DNA of 63,976 nucleotides, the filler included, from Basidiobolus ranarum (Eukaryota), in NCBI GenBank assembly GCA_040143965.1. It is 3 parts of 3 records of this genome, joined end to end, with 100 filler letters (N's around TTAATTAATTAA, not from the genome) between each part and the next. Parts side by side here need not be neighbours in the genome. Positions count along the whole stretch, not along the records: positions 21,691 to 43,203 come from JASJQH010007078.1; positions 43,304 to 63,976 come from JASJQH010007098.1; 1 more part is not named here. One strand, 5' to 3'. The notes below the pieces were generated by a model, which saw nothing but the letters and a program-made list of their open reading frames with translations, was not told where the DNA came from and ran no database searches. Below, piece after piece: positions 39,792 to 52,798 of this stretch (the stretch's first letter is position 1; each line of letters begins with the position of its first letter). The position numbers were made by a program, and so were the translations under genes.

Positions 39792-40352
39792 ATATTCTAA
39801 TCATCCCCTTCCCTTTAAACTTGGTAAATTCTATATGTAATATCTCATGACCTATGAGAGGTAAAACAACTCCCCCCCCCACATACTATTTAAGCATCAG
39901 CAATATCTACAACAGTAGAGCTGCCTATAGTAAATAAATGATATGTATAATGTTCGAATCGATTTCTGCGGATTCAAGTCTAATGTATGAGTAAAAATAG
40001 TGGATTGAATGAGGTACAATGGGACTAAGATTTCAATTTATCTTGCATGAAATAAAAGACTATTTTAGATCACTTTATTGTGTACATACAATGAGCATAC
40101 ATAGTTAGCTCAACCAATATAAACCAGAAAGTGGAAGAAGGGGAAGGGGAAGAGTCAATTATATGACAGAAATTCATTCCATTTAGAGCTATACTATATA
40201 TGTGGACATTGTGGGGTTGATAAAAAAGTACATTAGATGAATAGACAATTTCAATCTTACAATAATAACCACTTCGGTTGGAATCTATTCGAATAAACAT
40301 TCCATTGAATATTATTGGAATGGTTTGCATTTGGATGGGGAGTTGGTCAACG

Positions 40353-41994
40353 TTAATCAAATCTTAAATTCAACAGTTCCCATAATTGTCTCATAGATAA
40401 GGGACCATCCTCACCATTGCCACCGCCACCGCCTGTACCATTACCATAGCGAGAGGCCACTGGTAGAGATCCCAGATAAGTTCGGACTCCACGCACTCCA
40501 TCCCCACTAAACACGCAAAACATCGGTCTTTGAGTGACTGAGAATTCCTTAGGAGGAGCTCTAGAGAATTTTTGTATATCGGAACGTAAAAATGCCGGGA
40601 TTCCAGTTAATGTGATATGAGTTAATCGGGGGCTGGAGTTTAAAAGTTTCAATACTGCTGGTACACTGATCTGAACACAATATGATAAATGTAACCGTTC
40701 CAATGAATGACATGCAGCTAATCCATACACAAATCCATAGATTCCTCTATCCGTGATACCCGCGCATTTAACAAGTCCAATTCGTCGAAGTTTCGTCAAC
40801 GTCCCCAGTTCGAATAAAGAGTCATCCGTCAACTGATTACAACAAGCAAGATCCAAGTATCTTATTCTAGTACAGTGTCGAGTCAACGTAGCTACTCCTT
40901 TATCAGTAATCCTAGCGCAATGACCCAATACCAGATTATGAAGTTGCTTTCCTAGCTTAGCGATATGAGATATAGATTCATCGGTTAGATTGACACACTT
41001 TGCGAGTACCAAGTGTCGTAACCGTGGACATCTATCGATTAGGTTTCCAATGCTAGCATCGGTTATCTGATAACATGAAGTTAAATCCAAGATTCGAAGT
41101 TGATTGAAATTTGGGTTGATGTCGATAAAAGAAATATCCGTTATCTTTGTACAGGAAGCTAACTTCAGATCACGTAATAATGTACAATATTGAAGAACTC
41201 GGCCGATAGAGGAATCCGTCACTTCACTACACTGTGCTAAATCCAATTCCGTCAGACTGGTAAACGACGATATTTGTTCAACAGATACATCGCTGAGTTT
41301 TACGCATCCGGCGCATTTCAACTATAGAATACCAATAAGAACATGGATGGTTCATGCAAAGGAAGGGAAGTGAAGGTATAGATAAGTATATTTCCATCAA
41401 AACACTCGCATCAATAAATGTAAAACATACTCTTTTCATACTTGTATGCTCCTTGAAACTGACCAGACCTGTATCATCGATATTATGCGACCCACTTATA
41501 TTCAAAGACTGAAGTTGCCTGCAATTTTCTGATATGGCCAGAAGACTTTGATTGTCCAGCTCCAGCTCACTTAAATCGATACCAAGCAGGTTTGGCCAAT
41601 ATTTTACAAGTTGTGTTATGGAAATACTACTTAACCTTTTACATCCCCCAAAAGAGACTTTTTCTACTCTGTTACATAAGGCCAGTTTGTTAATTACTTC
41701 ACCGCTTGTGATGTTATCCCCAAGAAGTGATAGATTAATGCGACGTACATAACTGGAATACGGGGGTCGAAGTACGTCTGACATTTGTAAGAAGGGAGCC
41801 ATGGAAGAGAAGGATAATCTATACCAAACATGTTCCACACATAAATCGTACCATCTCCTACTTACTAAAAGGCAAGAAAGATAGGTATTTCTAGAACGAA
41901 TCAGCTGAAATATGATCACCAGAAGCTCATTTGGTAAGTTCTGAATCGTTTGCTTCATAGGAGAAGGTAAGTACTGCCGAGAAATAGTGTTCAT
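40353..41994 (-). CDS. GRR1: Grr1-like F-box/leucine-rich-repeat SCF subunit, 2 exons (intron 41322-41430)
   Basis: F-box IQNLPNELLVIIF; YVRRINLS; cysteine-containing LRRs; LRRIGLVKC; LERLHLSYC; RAPPKEFSVTQRPMFCVFSG. Confidence 0.92.
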
Positions 41995-42849
41995 TATGTG
42001 CTTTTCTAACAACCGGTGTTTACCTCAGTTGATCGACTCCAATATACTCTTACTCTTACTAGGGAAAGCAGTTCAATAATCCAAAGGGAAAAGATAGATA
42101 TCGAAACGGGGGAAGGGGAAAGGGCTATAGGAAACTGGACAAGAAACCGTCTACGTTGACCAGTGGAATAGTACTGAGGCTATGTAGGTTATAAATACGG
42201 CAGGAAAACACGACAAAAAAAGTGACACAAAAGTAGAGAGACAGTTTAGAAACTAAGTTACAGCTACATGTAGTAAATTAAGATCACTCAATACACATAC
42301 AATAGTAGCCATGTACAAATTAAGGATAAAACGGTAACGTTTGTAAACCTCAAGATGAATATAATAGGATGAGGAATTAGGATTTAGGATAAATGCACAA
42401 TATAAATTGCAGCAGTAAATCGATTCTTTCTGACTCTATTTTCAATATTCCGCCAAAAAAGTGATGTAACATTGATTTTGATAGTCCCAAATAATATGCA
42501 GTTTAACAAGCCCTGTATTGTAACTATTGTTTAAAACGATCCTTAGTTTACTATATAAAACTGACCCATTCAATTTGAAACTGGTTTCGATTTCGATGGC
42601 TGACCAATATTATCATTGCCATGGCTTACAAATTTAAACCTCATATCATTGTTGGTATGTGTAACTAACTTATTGTGTAGAACAATTGCTGGTTCCATTA
42701 TATTGTATTATATAATCGTTATGGATTCCAGAATAAATACATATGCTGTATTGGGAAAAATAAAATCTCCACTACGAAAAAAAAAGAAAAAAAGATGACT
42801 ACATTAGCCACTCCAACGGTGACTCGTTGTTTCTAGAATACTGATACAT

Positions 42850-43203
42850 ATGGGTAACGAAGAAAAGAACATATCGGTGCAGGAAGCTGGCGAAGATGAC
42901 AGTTACGATTTCGCAAAGTGGCACGAAGATGTCCCAGTAGTACCACCCAAAAAGAAAAAGGTGAAGAAGGAGAAGAAGGAAAAGAAAGAGAAATCGAAAA
43001 AAAGTAAGAAAGATTCGGAAGACAAAGAAAACTCCGAGTCAGAGGAATCGAATTCTGAGTCCGAGTCAGAGCGTGAACTTGAGGACGATCCCGATACTCA
43101 GCCTCCAGTCAAGAAAAAGAAGGTCGAAGAAAAGCCTGTCAAAGATAAGGAAAGATCCAAACACGGTATTTGGATTGGTAATTTATCGTTCAAGACCACC
43201 AAG
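42850..43203 (+). CDS. 5' part of a nucleolar RRM protein (Nop13-like), cut by the contig linker
   Basis: K/E-rich N-terminus followed by RSKHGIWIGNLSFKTT (RNP2 of an RRM). Confidence 0.75.
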
Positions 43204-43303
43204 NNNNNNNNNNNNNNNNNNNNNNNNNNNNNNNNNNNNNNNNNNNNTTAATTAATTAANNNNNNNNNNNNNNNNNNNNNNNNNNNNNNNNNNNNNNNNN
43301 NNN
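43204..43303. other. Artificial contig linker N44-TTAATTAATTAA-N44
   Basis: Identical to the linker at 21591. Confidence 0.97.
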
Positions 43304-43732
43304 CTATGATGTCTGGAAGCCATCACTAAAGAAGGGGATACTGTCATGATTCTGATCTTGGCATACTGATCCACTGCATATGGAACTCTTCTATTATTAG
43401 GTTGACGACATTTCTTTTCCATTATATAAAAGTGGCTAAAATGTAAATTTGTGGCGAGCCTTTTGTGCGCCAGGGTCTCTTTTATATAAAAGCCCGAGCT
43501 GGACGTTTGCACATACGTGGTCCATCAGATACGTCACATATTGGCTAACTTGTAAAACAATATTACTCAATTCATTTGTCCAAAACACCTTAGTAATCTT
43601 ATAGTATGATGACGTACAATTGACGACATCAAGTTTATTGAAGGTAGCCATGATTGATAAGCCGATACAACTATACAGCCGTGGTATATCCTGCTGGTCA
43701 TTAAATCACTACACTAATAACAGCAAACTGGC

Positions 43733-45279
43733 TCAGTTTGTCTTTAACTTTTGGCCAAAGCGGAGTACTTCAAAGTCAACAAATAGACGGATGATCGGAG
43801 CAGCAATCTATAATGTTACAAATCTAAGTTTCAAGATACCATCGCGCTATATTCAATAAATGATTTGTACCAAGCTAATGACGGATAATCCAAGGTCGAT
43901 AAAGACATTATTTGAAGGGACAAATCCTATGTTAAGGTGGCTTATGAGTATGTGTACTAAAAGTTTGTTTTGCGCCATTGTTCATTTACCTTTGTTAGCA
44001 CATCTGGCTAGGTTGCCGATAAAGTCCGATGAGATAAAGCAATGGTTTTCGCTAATCGCTATAGGTTGTAATGTGAAGATATTAGAAACAAAAGAGTAAA
44101 GAGAAAGTGAATCAAGCACTGCTTATTAAGTACTACCTTGGACTAAGGCTTGGGCAGCGACATCAGGTGAGATGGCCGATTCCTCTCCCTCAATTTGCTT
44201 AGTTATCTGCGGCTTAGTTTCGTTCTATTAGAGTAAAAGGATTGAGCACATGTGCCTTGTTGGAGAAAGAATGGTGTATACCTCTGTCTTTAAGCCCGGT
44301 GTATCCATGTTTCCTGGGAAATAGCAATGCACATCTATGCCGTACATCGCTAGCTCGTTACGGAGCACCTCGGCCAGCCCTATTCGTATACGGTGTTAAA
44401 TCTACACGCTACAAGCTCACATCTGTATTTGTTCAGTATCATACCTCTGATCGCAAATTTTGTGGGCGAATAAGACGCGTAGCCAACGAAGGCAAGAAGA
44501 CCAGCAGTAGAACTAACCAATAAAATTTTCCCCTTAATATTTTGCTCGATCATTTTCTTAACAGAGGCCTTTGAATCAATGTTAGTAGGAGGAGTAAAAG
44601 GAATAAAATAAATATACTAACATGAACGGTATATAATGCACCAAAGTAGTTTAATTGCATAGTCCGTTCAAAAGTTTCGACATCCTGCTCCACAAAAAGA
44701 CCAGGTACTGCCAAGCCTTCAAAATAAACCTTGGGTTTAACATGAAGATAACATTACGCTCAAGTTTCTTAAAATCATACCTGCACAGGGAAACACATAT
44801 TCAGGGATCATACCCTTTTGTTGTTCGATGGCTTCTTCCAGAGCACGTTTAGCTTCCTCCTTTTCACTTACATCCGCAGATACGTAGCTAATCTCTTGAG
44901 TTTGGCTTTTTCTTGCTTGCTACAAATATATAACAGCTCAATAAATGCATTCTCCAGAAGTTAAACTTCAATTTCTGAAACCTTGATTTCAGCCACCGCT
45001 TGTTCTAATGTTTCCTTCTTTCTAGCAACAATAGTAACGTGAGCACCACGCTTGGCCATTTCTACAGCTAACGATTTTCCCAGACCGGTGCTTCCTCCCG
45101 TAATATAACAGTGCTATGAACAACAAATTAGCTAGATGAAGAGGTCTGAGCAAGCGGTTTGAATGACTGGTTACCTTTCCTTCAGGGTTGAATTTTTTGG
45201 CCCATAGAAGGTTATAGAGGGGAGTAAAGTAGTATAACCCCAAGCAAGAGGTAACGGTAAGGTATATTAACCAAGACAT
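43733..45279 (-). CDS. TSC10: 3-ketodihydrosphingosine reductase (SDR family), about 10 exons
   Basis: N-terminal TM; spliced HCYITGGSTGLG, MQLNYFG, VGYASYSPTKFAIRGLAEVLRNEL (YxxxK), YFPGNMDTPG and ENETKPQIT; TGA at 43733-43735. Confidence 0.92.
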
Positions 45280-45954
45280 TGTATTGGCAGAGAGGTTGTA
45301 ACAACTCCAGACTGATCAGAATAATTATCCATTTTGCTGACCATCGATTTTTTCTCTTATTGGTGGGTAGTGTAGGCATGGGTTCAATGATAAAGCTATC
45401 CCATCACACAAGCACATTAGACTGTATATTTACATATTAATATTCTGGATTTAACACTGTATCATACGAAATTCAACCTGGAAAGCAATACAACGTTGAC
45501 GGGGCCAATTTGAAGTAGGTATTGAAGGCTACTGTCGTTTAATTGTGAAATGGCCCAATGAAAAGTATAATAACTACCAAAAACGGAACTTTTTGAGGGT
45601 TAAAAAACCTCATTATTGGCATAGGCCAAGTTACCATTGAGAGTTATATATGATCTCCGAATCTCTTGCCAAAGCTCCAATACATGTGATTTCTGAAACC
45701 TCCTTTTTTTGAGGAACTTCACCAATGATACCATTATAGCTAAACAAGCTTCTTTTAATATGGGACGACGCTATCCATCGAACAAACGATTTTTCCATTA
45801 ATATATATTCGACTACTCCTACCTACTTTCCACTAGTGATCGTTGTTCGGGATCATCTTCGAACCAGATGTGCATCCTCCTTTACTGGTTACGAACACTG
45901 TATACTAAGTTTTTATCTTGCGTAGTATTAAACCCTTTCTCCATCGACTTTAAC

Positions 45955-46359
45955 ATGTCAACTTTAATTAGTATTACGAGTTTACTATTTGCTCCATTAT
46001 CTTTACTTCTTTATATTTATCAAAGTTCCCAACCCTCAGACTTTGAAGAAGACGACTTCTTTGATATGTACCTCACGGGAAATCCCCAATCTGGGTACAA
46101 CTCCTTGGTAGAGTCTGATATACCAGGCTGCATATCTTTAGCAGAAGAAATGATAAAACGTTTACCTTTGATTTCAGATAGAGAATGCGCGAAAACAAAA
46201 TGTGCGATTTGCCATGAGGAATTCGAAAATAAGCAAACCGACTATCAAATGAGACGAATGCCTTGTGGTCATGCATTTCATCAAGATTGTTTATTACCTT
46301 GGTTGCAACGAGTCAATAGTTGCCCACTATGTCGGCGTAAAATTAATGTTGATATTTGA
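45955..46359 (+). CDS. Intronless RING-H2 E3 ubiquitin ligase with an N-terminal hydrophobic segment (alternative start at 45868)
   Basis: CAICHEEF...MPCGHAFHQDCLLPWLQRVNSCPLCR. Confidence 0.88.
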   Translation: MSTLISITSLLFAPLSLLLYIYQSSQPSDFEEDDFFDMYLTGNPQSGYNSLVESDIPGCISLAEEMIKRLPLISDRECAKTKCAICHEEFENKQTDYQMRRMPCGHAFHQDCLLPWLQRVNSCPLCRRKINVDI

Positions 46360-47327
46360 CTTGTAGGCTTAATGGTTGCTTCGTTTGTTGTATCACAATG
46401 TTTCAAAAAATGGACAGGGATTTTTTATGACATAAAGCTGAGTACTATATCATATATGTTGCTATTACGTTGAAATCGAATGTAAACACCTGGTCTTTGT
46501 ATATAACAGAGTATCTAGTCGACTCTTGTAAATTTTAATAAATTCAATATACTGTCTTAGAACATCACTTGTTCACTAGTAGCGACAGAGATGATTTAGT
46601 GTGATTGTCTTCGATGAATTCTAGCGATCAAGCCCAAAGTAGTACATAGCAAGAGCAACTGACACAAGTTCTTTCTAGTAGCGTTGGGTCACACACGCAT
46701 GTATGGATGAGATCTTTTCGAAAGAAAGCTCCCAAACACCAGTTGATTTGAAAATGAACTACGACGAGTACCGTTGATAAATATGCAAAGATCAGTTGTG
46801 CCCAAATTGTCTAGAAAGATATACGGGGTAGTCCGAGTCTGGGCTTCCTAGAATAATATTACTCGGACATTACGGCTTTCCCTAGATTAGATACAACAGG
46901 TTTTGATAATCCACACCATGAATTGTGTATCAATTTAGCTTTTATGCCAATCTAATTGTGGAAAGCTATACACCGAAAGGACACTAGGGTATAGTAACAA
47001 TTGGGTAGATTTGTAAAGAAGTGGTTTTCATTAATAGAACACTCAGAAATGATTTCTTTAGGGCCTTGTTAAAGCCCAGGTACCATGTTTCTCCCTAAAT
47101 ATACAACCGCACAATGCTCCGACACATCCCGATAGATCATTTGGCCCAGATCCTCAATACTGTAAGTAATCTAAAACTCACATTCACTATGGTATTATTG
47201 TTTCATAGATTTCGACCTGGTGCTGTACACCACCTACTGGGCCAACAAATAGACCGAACAGCAGGTGATATATAAGCGAGTCACTCTTAGGATACTCTCC
47301 TCATTTTTACATTAGCCCATCCCAACA

Positions 47328-47810
47328 ATGCCAGTACTGAGCGCTTCGTTTGCATTTTCTTTAATTGGCGCATTCTTACCAATTTCCATCTATTTGCTGA
47401 GTGATCAAGAAGCAAGCGATTCCTCTGATGACGATGCAGCCACATTTGACGTTATGCTAGACTCATTTTTCATCGGAGTACCACATCCAACACGACACCA
47501 AACGCAAGATCGTACCAATGGATTCATACCCGCCTCGCAAGAAGCCATGAATGATCTGCGTACAGTACCGTTGGCTGAAAACTCAAAACATGCCTGCTGT
47601 ATATGTCTGGAGACATTATATTCTTGTACGTCAGCTAAACCAGCCAAGGAGATGCCCTGTAGACATTTGTTCCATCAAGAATGCATATTCTCTTGGCTGT
47701 CGGTATCCAATACCTGTCCGCTCTGCCGATATGGGATTGACACTGACAATAAAGATTACAACGAGTCTCTCCATCAAAGGATGGTCAAAGATCCTCGGAA
47801 CTCAGCTTAG
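47328..47810 (+). CDS. Intronless RING-H2 E3 ligase (RNF181/RNF126-like) with an N-terminal hydrophobic segment
   Basis: PASQEAMNDL, then CCICLETL...MPCRHLFHQECIFSWLSVSNTCPLCRYGIDTD; TATATAA about 55 nt upstream. Confidence 0.9.
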   Translation: MPVLSASFAFSLIGAFLPISIYLLSDQEASDSSDDDAATFDVMLDSFFIGVPHPTRHQTQDRTNGFIPASQEAMNDLRTVPLAENSKHACCICLETLYSCTSAKPAKEMPCRHLFHQECIFSWLSVSNTCPLCRYGIDTDNKDYNESLHQRMVKDPRNSA

Positions 47811-48406
47811 GAGGCCACCAACATTAAGATCCAGGAAGTGTCAAATCTGGATGAATGCGAGTCCTTGATCCCCCATATTACAATGTAAATCATATAGATT
47901 CATTTCAATGCCTCCTTTCTTTTCAACCCAGAAATTCTCTTAAATATGCCATCGAAATCATCATATTATATATATACATTTACAATCCTCACAATCGAAT
48001 CAATTTCTCTCCCTCTAATGAATAAATCTCTGTATTTTCTTAATTTGCTGTAAACCAAACAGACCCTTACACATGACTTCAGCTTGTCCAGCGGGCTACC
48101 TAGAATTTGGCCGAAATGAAAGGGCTTTATGGTAGAAAACTGCCCTCGACAAAGCTCGGTGGAGTTGCAGAGAGCAATCGGGTGGCTGATGCAATGCAGT
48201 GTCAATCTGGTAGCCCATCATAAGATGGCCATTGGCGTTTAATCAGTAGGTGATAATGCTATTAGGATTTCAGTGAATTTAGGATAAGGGCTTAGGATAT
48301 TTATGATTTGAAGATAGATTATGTACATGCAAATACTACATTGGGGGCTTAACATACAAATCGAAGGATTGAAAATGTGGCATTACTAAGTGAGGGAGAA
48401 ACCGTT

Positions 48407-48790
48407 CTACTCAAGACTTCTTTCTAGTTCATATCTACAAAGTGGACATGCACTAACTATGTCAAGCCACGAAAATAGACATTTTTGGTGAAACATGTGC
48501 TGACAGGGCATTTCGCGAACCACGCAATTGTGATGGTTTAAGTTCTCAAGGCATATGGCACATATATCATCGCCGTCATGACGCACGATGGCGAGATTGT
48601 CTTTGGCTGCAGACGTTAATGTATTGCTTCTTATGGGTGAGCAAAGCCATGGCGGCATATCTATCTCCATATTATCGAAGTTGATGTCGAATAGGTAATC
48701 CCCAGTGAACTGAAGGATGCTTGTGAGCAAAGAGAGCATTTTGGTAAAGCTTGTGGGTAATGTGTAGGGATGCTGAGTGGTGGGATCCAT
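48407..48790 (-). CDS. Intronless RING-H2 E3 ligase, third paralog
   Basis: CAICLENL...MPCQHMFHQKCLFSWLDIVSACPLCRYEL. Confidence 0.88.
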   Translation of the reverse strand: MDPTTQHPYTLPTSFTKMLSLLTSILQFTGDYLFDINFDNMEIDMPPWLCSPIRSNTLTSAAKDNLAIVRHDGDDICAICLENLNHHNCVVREMPCQHMFHQKCLFSWLDIVSACPLCRYELERSLE

Positions 48791-51622
48791 TTTAAATGAG
48801 GTTCAGTAAGAGATCGAACTAACAAGCTTTTATAACCTATTCGCAGCGCTGATAAATAGCCCTCATGTCATCAGACTCTACAATGGCCCATTTTAGTTTA
48901 ACTTCCATCCACATCTATAGTCCTAGAATGCGACTAATAAGGTGGACATGCATAGCAATATCAGCTCTGGTAAAGCCACCCAGCTCTCTGGCTGAGGATT
49001 TCATTTGACAATTCGTGATATAGATTGAATTTTTCGTCAGAGTAAACTGGGTCATTCCTGATATTGAAGGTAGAACGAAACCAATTACCAACATGGGAAG
49101 TTTGTCTCAAACCATGCTGAAGACTATTTTGGCCATCATTCAAATTAACCTTATACTTCCAATAGTCTAACTGCAGCACGTGTCAACATGACGTGACAAA
49201 GAAGCCCTATCTACTCGGGAGGCAGTTATTAGAAGCAAGTGCTTACTGTCCTACGACCTCTGATATTCTGTTGGGCAATTTCCATGCTCTGTTGATTTTG
49301 CTCATGACACCTCAGGGGCTCCTAGCTTCATGGATTTGCTGTTGGATGTTTGACTCATCCAGATGGTCGCCGCCCCCTGTCAAATGGGATCATTACTGAT
49401 CGTTCTCGAACACCAGAGAGGAAATACAGCCATTTATAGAAACATACTTGCTAATTGTTACTATATAATCTCCGCAGATGTAGTTAATTTTGAGTTAAGC
49501 AGCTGATCTCTGTACTGCTTAATTGCCGTGGATAATGGTTGGGTTAGCAATCCAGCAGTAGGGTCATGGTTAAGCATGGCTATGGAAGGTTGGCGTCAGC
49601 TGGTTGAAGTTCTAGATCTAATGCGTATGAATCTTTTGTTGTCTTCAAAACATAGAAGAAGACTTCTTTGCGTGATACGCTCCTGTCTACCCGTGATATT
49701 CTCCTAGGGTTATGTCGGATTTCCAAGCCGGGACAGACTTCGATGGTCATTTCGTGTAGAACGATTCGCTCAAATGATTAGATCCTAGCAACTTTAATTC
49801 CTGATTAAGAGCCATTGAAGGCATCCGCTCTTTCGATTCAACTCCCTATTACCAATTTTAATAAGCCTGCATGTGATTTTCAACATCATAGAATCTATGA
49901 TAGAAAATGGCATCGGCCTCATAAGTGGTGGGTGTCGCATTATTTGATCTATAAGTGTTTACGAATGAGCCGCCATACTCGTAGTGATCCTTCATTTGGT
50001 TGGATTTCTACTGCATGATCAGTGTTGTTGATATCTCCTAGTTATAATTGGTCTGCGGCACGCCAGGGCTTTTGAAAAGTCATATTCCCAGTGGTTCTCT
50101 ATAGTGGCTTTCGATAGTATCACCATTACCCTGATCGCCAGTAGCTCTTACTGGGAATGTCCGAAAAAGGGACTCCAACTGGTTTGGTTGGAAATCGATG
50201 AATTCAGTTAGTGGTATCGTGATGAGGGTATCTAAATTAGTACTGATTATAGTATGCCACACTTGGCTATCATATATTACAAACAGGCGTCACTTGACAC
50301 AATCTCCACTTAATAAGGCCCCGCCATTCAACCATTCTCGGACATGACATTAAGAGACAAAAGTGAGGGCAATATCCCACGCTAGAATGCACTCCATATC
50401 ATGACTTGGCATCCCAAGTATATGTTGTGGTGGAGAGCAAAGTCTGGACAAACCATATCTGCTACTGCTCTTGAAACACCGCATTCTAGTCGCTAATTAA
50501 TGCAACTATTTCAGAAATAGATGAGAAACTAGATCACCTAGAATCCAACGGAGTAAATATATTTAAAGCGTACTGTTACATATGGGGAGCTACTAGGAAA
50601 CTAATCCTTTCTACTGTCAGATTCAACAAATTTAGCTTATGATGATTGAAGCATGTGTCATTTGATAATGGTATGCCATATCTGAATAAATTTAGCGAGA
50701 ACTAGTAGGTAGCAAAGAGATTGGTTGAATTCCTCTTACCAAGCGTAGATTATTCCTAACAAAGCTAAAACCAGAACCATTAACCAACTCTAATTTAGAT
50801 CATGAGAGATGACTCGAAAGCCATGCAGCATATGTAAGTCTGGATACCTTTCAAGATATAGATTATTAATTTTTTAATATATACCATCACAATCAGAACT
50901 TGTCTCTCTTACTAGGAGTCTAGCGAGTGTATTTGCAGTAGGCATCTGATTGGATTTGTCTAGAACCAATGTTGCTTAAACACATGTGTATTCGTCTGCC
51001 TACCTGGATGATACGGAGTCTTTGAACTTTTGATGAGAAAGTATGCACATAGTGGAGTTGATAGAAATCAATGGTTACAGTGTTTCAGTAGGCGTTGTGG
51101 TAGGATATTCAAAGTGAAGTTGAGATTTGCACTTTCTCTAATAGTTGTAATACATGTCAAGCCAATGTTCAGCATAGTGTATGAGTATTTGGGCTCTAAA
51201 CTGTAGTGCTACAATTTGTGGGTACATTCCAAGATCTACTAATAATGAAATTTTGATTGCGGTTAACTCGCTAACAAACTTTTGGCATTTATATATAGTA
51301 GTAACATTGTTTGAAAGGCAACAACACACGTAGAGAGCTTGCCTCAATGGTACTACAAATATGGATACTATCGTTGAAGCACTATAGCTGAGTACCAAGT
51401 ATAACGCCTACCTTTGGAAAATGCAGCTCAATGAAATACGTGACAATCTTCATTAGCAATCAGCAGCTATTGATAATATAACTAATCTTGAAATGAAGTA
51501 TTAAATACTTGTTTCTAAATGGGGATATTGTGATACGAGTGCTGAGTGCTGTAGTGACACTTTATCAGTTACTGACAATCCAGGCACTGCTGGTTGTCAA
51601 AGTAATTATGGAATGGTATATA

Positions 51623-51929
51623 TGTTGAAAATGACATAGCTTAAACATATATATAGCCATATAGCTAGCTACCTAAATTTCACTACGTTATTTTTCAAAA
51701 TCTTCATGAGAAATTTACTTGGAATATTTTTACCAACTTGGGAGTTCTAAGATTATACAATTTTCTCAAACTTGCCCAAAAGACCCCAAACTTTGTACTC
51801 GGCATGTTAGCTTATCTACTTCTTGACAAAAGTATAAACATCAACTCGCACTCAATAAATCAGTAAGTGAAAACTACCAACTCTCTAGTTCTCCAAACTA
51901 CTTCCAACAACTCCCAAAATACTTCAACA
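51623..51929 (+). mobile_element. Ty1/copia LTR copy A (degenerate)
   Basis: Starts TGTTGAA and ends TTCAACA; aligns by eye with copies D and G; flanks ATATA/CCATA are not an exact TSD. Confidence 0.8.
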
Positions 51930-52024
51930 CCATATTCATTGTTGGACAACCTCTACCTTTATTCTAGATCTTGTAGTAACCCAGCTTCATAGGAATGGCT
52001 GGAGGATCAATGTGGCCTTCATAT

Positions 52025-52282
52025 TGTTGAAGTACTCTGGGAGTTTGTTGGAAGTGGTTTGGAGAACTAGAATAATTGGTGGTTTTCATTTATTGAGTTG
52101 ACATTTATAGCTGGACAAGCAAATAAACATGTAGAATGTGCTAAGAAGTGACCCAGGAGCATGTGTGCAAATTTTGTGGCTTCTAGGACAAGTCTGAAAA
52201 TTCTATAAACCTGAGAGCTGTTAATGTATTTTGGGAGCCTGTTGGAAGTGGTTTGGAGAAATATAGATATTGATGGTTTTCC
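52025..52282 (-). mobile_element. Two truncated inverted LTR copies (B 52025-52218, C 52219 to about 52282)
   Basis: Reverse complement of the LTR 3' part (TTGGAAGTGGTTTGGAGAA versus TTCTCCAAACCACTTCCAA). Confidence 0.78.
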
Positions 52283-52458
52283 AACATATGGTAGAATTAC
52301 AGTGTTTGGCCTATGTAAAGTGGAAAAATTTGAGATTATCTAAGAAAATATACTAACTATACCTACTGCTTCCTGGTATTGAGGAATAAAGCAGCCTATA
52401 TATTTGTATTCCTAATACCACCAGAATTAGTGAGTTCTGTACCAGTGTATGAGTATTG

Positions 52459-52798
52459 TGTTGAAATTAGCAATGCTTAAACACCTATATAGTCATATAT
52501 AGCTTAGTACTTAGTTTTCTTATATTTCACTAAGACATTATTCTCAATTGGAACTTACTTGGAATTTTTTTCCAACTTTGAAGTTCTCAGATATATAGAT
52601 TTTTCAAACTTGTTCTAAAAGCCCCAAACTTTGCACACATGTTTCTGGGACCTTCCTTAACATATTCTACACGTTGATTTGTATACATCTTGACAAAACT
52701 ATAAATATCAACTTTCAACTCAATAAATCAATAAGTGAAAACTACCAATTCCTCTAATTCTCCAAACCACTTCCAACAGGCTCCCAAATACTTCAACA
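52459..52798 (+). mobile_element. Solo LTR (340 bp) of a Ty1/copia element with a perfect 5-bp TSD, TATTG
   Basis: TGTTGAA...TTCAACA termini; TATTG at 52454-52458 and 52799-52803; internal TATA-like sequence and AATAAA. Confidence 0.92.

Noticed and set aside
51623-52798. Repeats first considered as MITE terminal inverted repeats or a CRISPR-like array
   Set aside because: TG...CA termini, a 5-bp TSD, a PBS and a nearby copia RT identify them as LTRs; there is no repeat-spacer periodicity.
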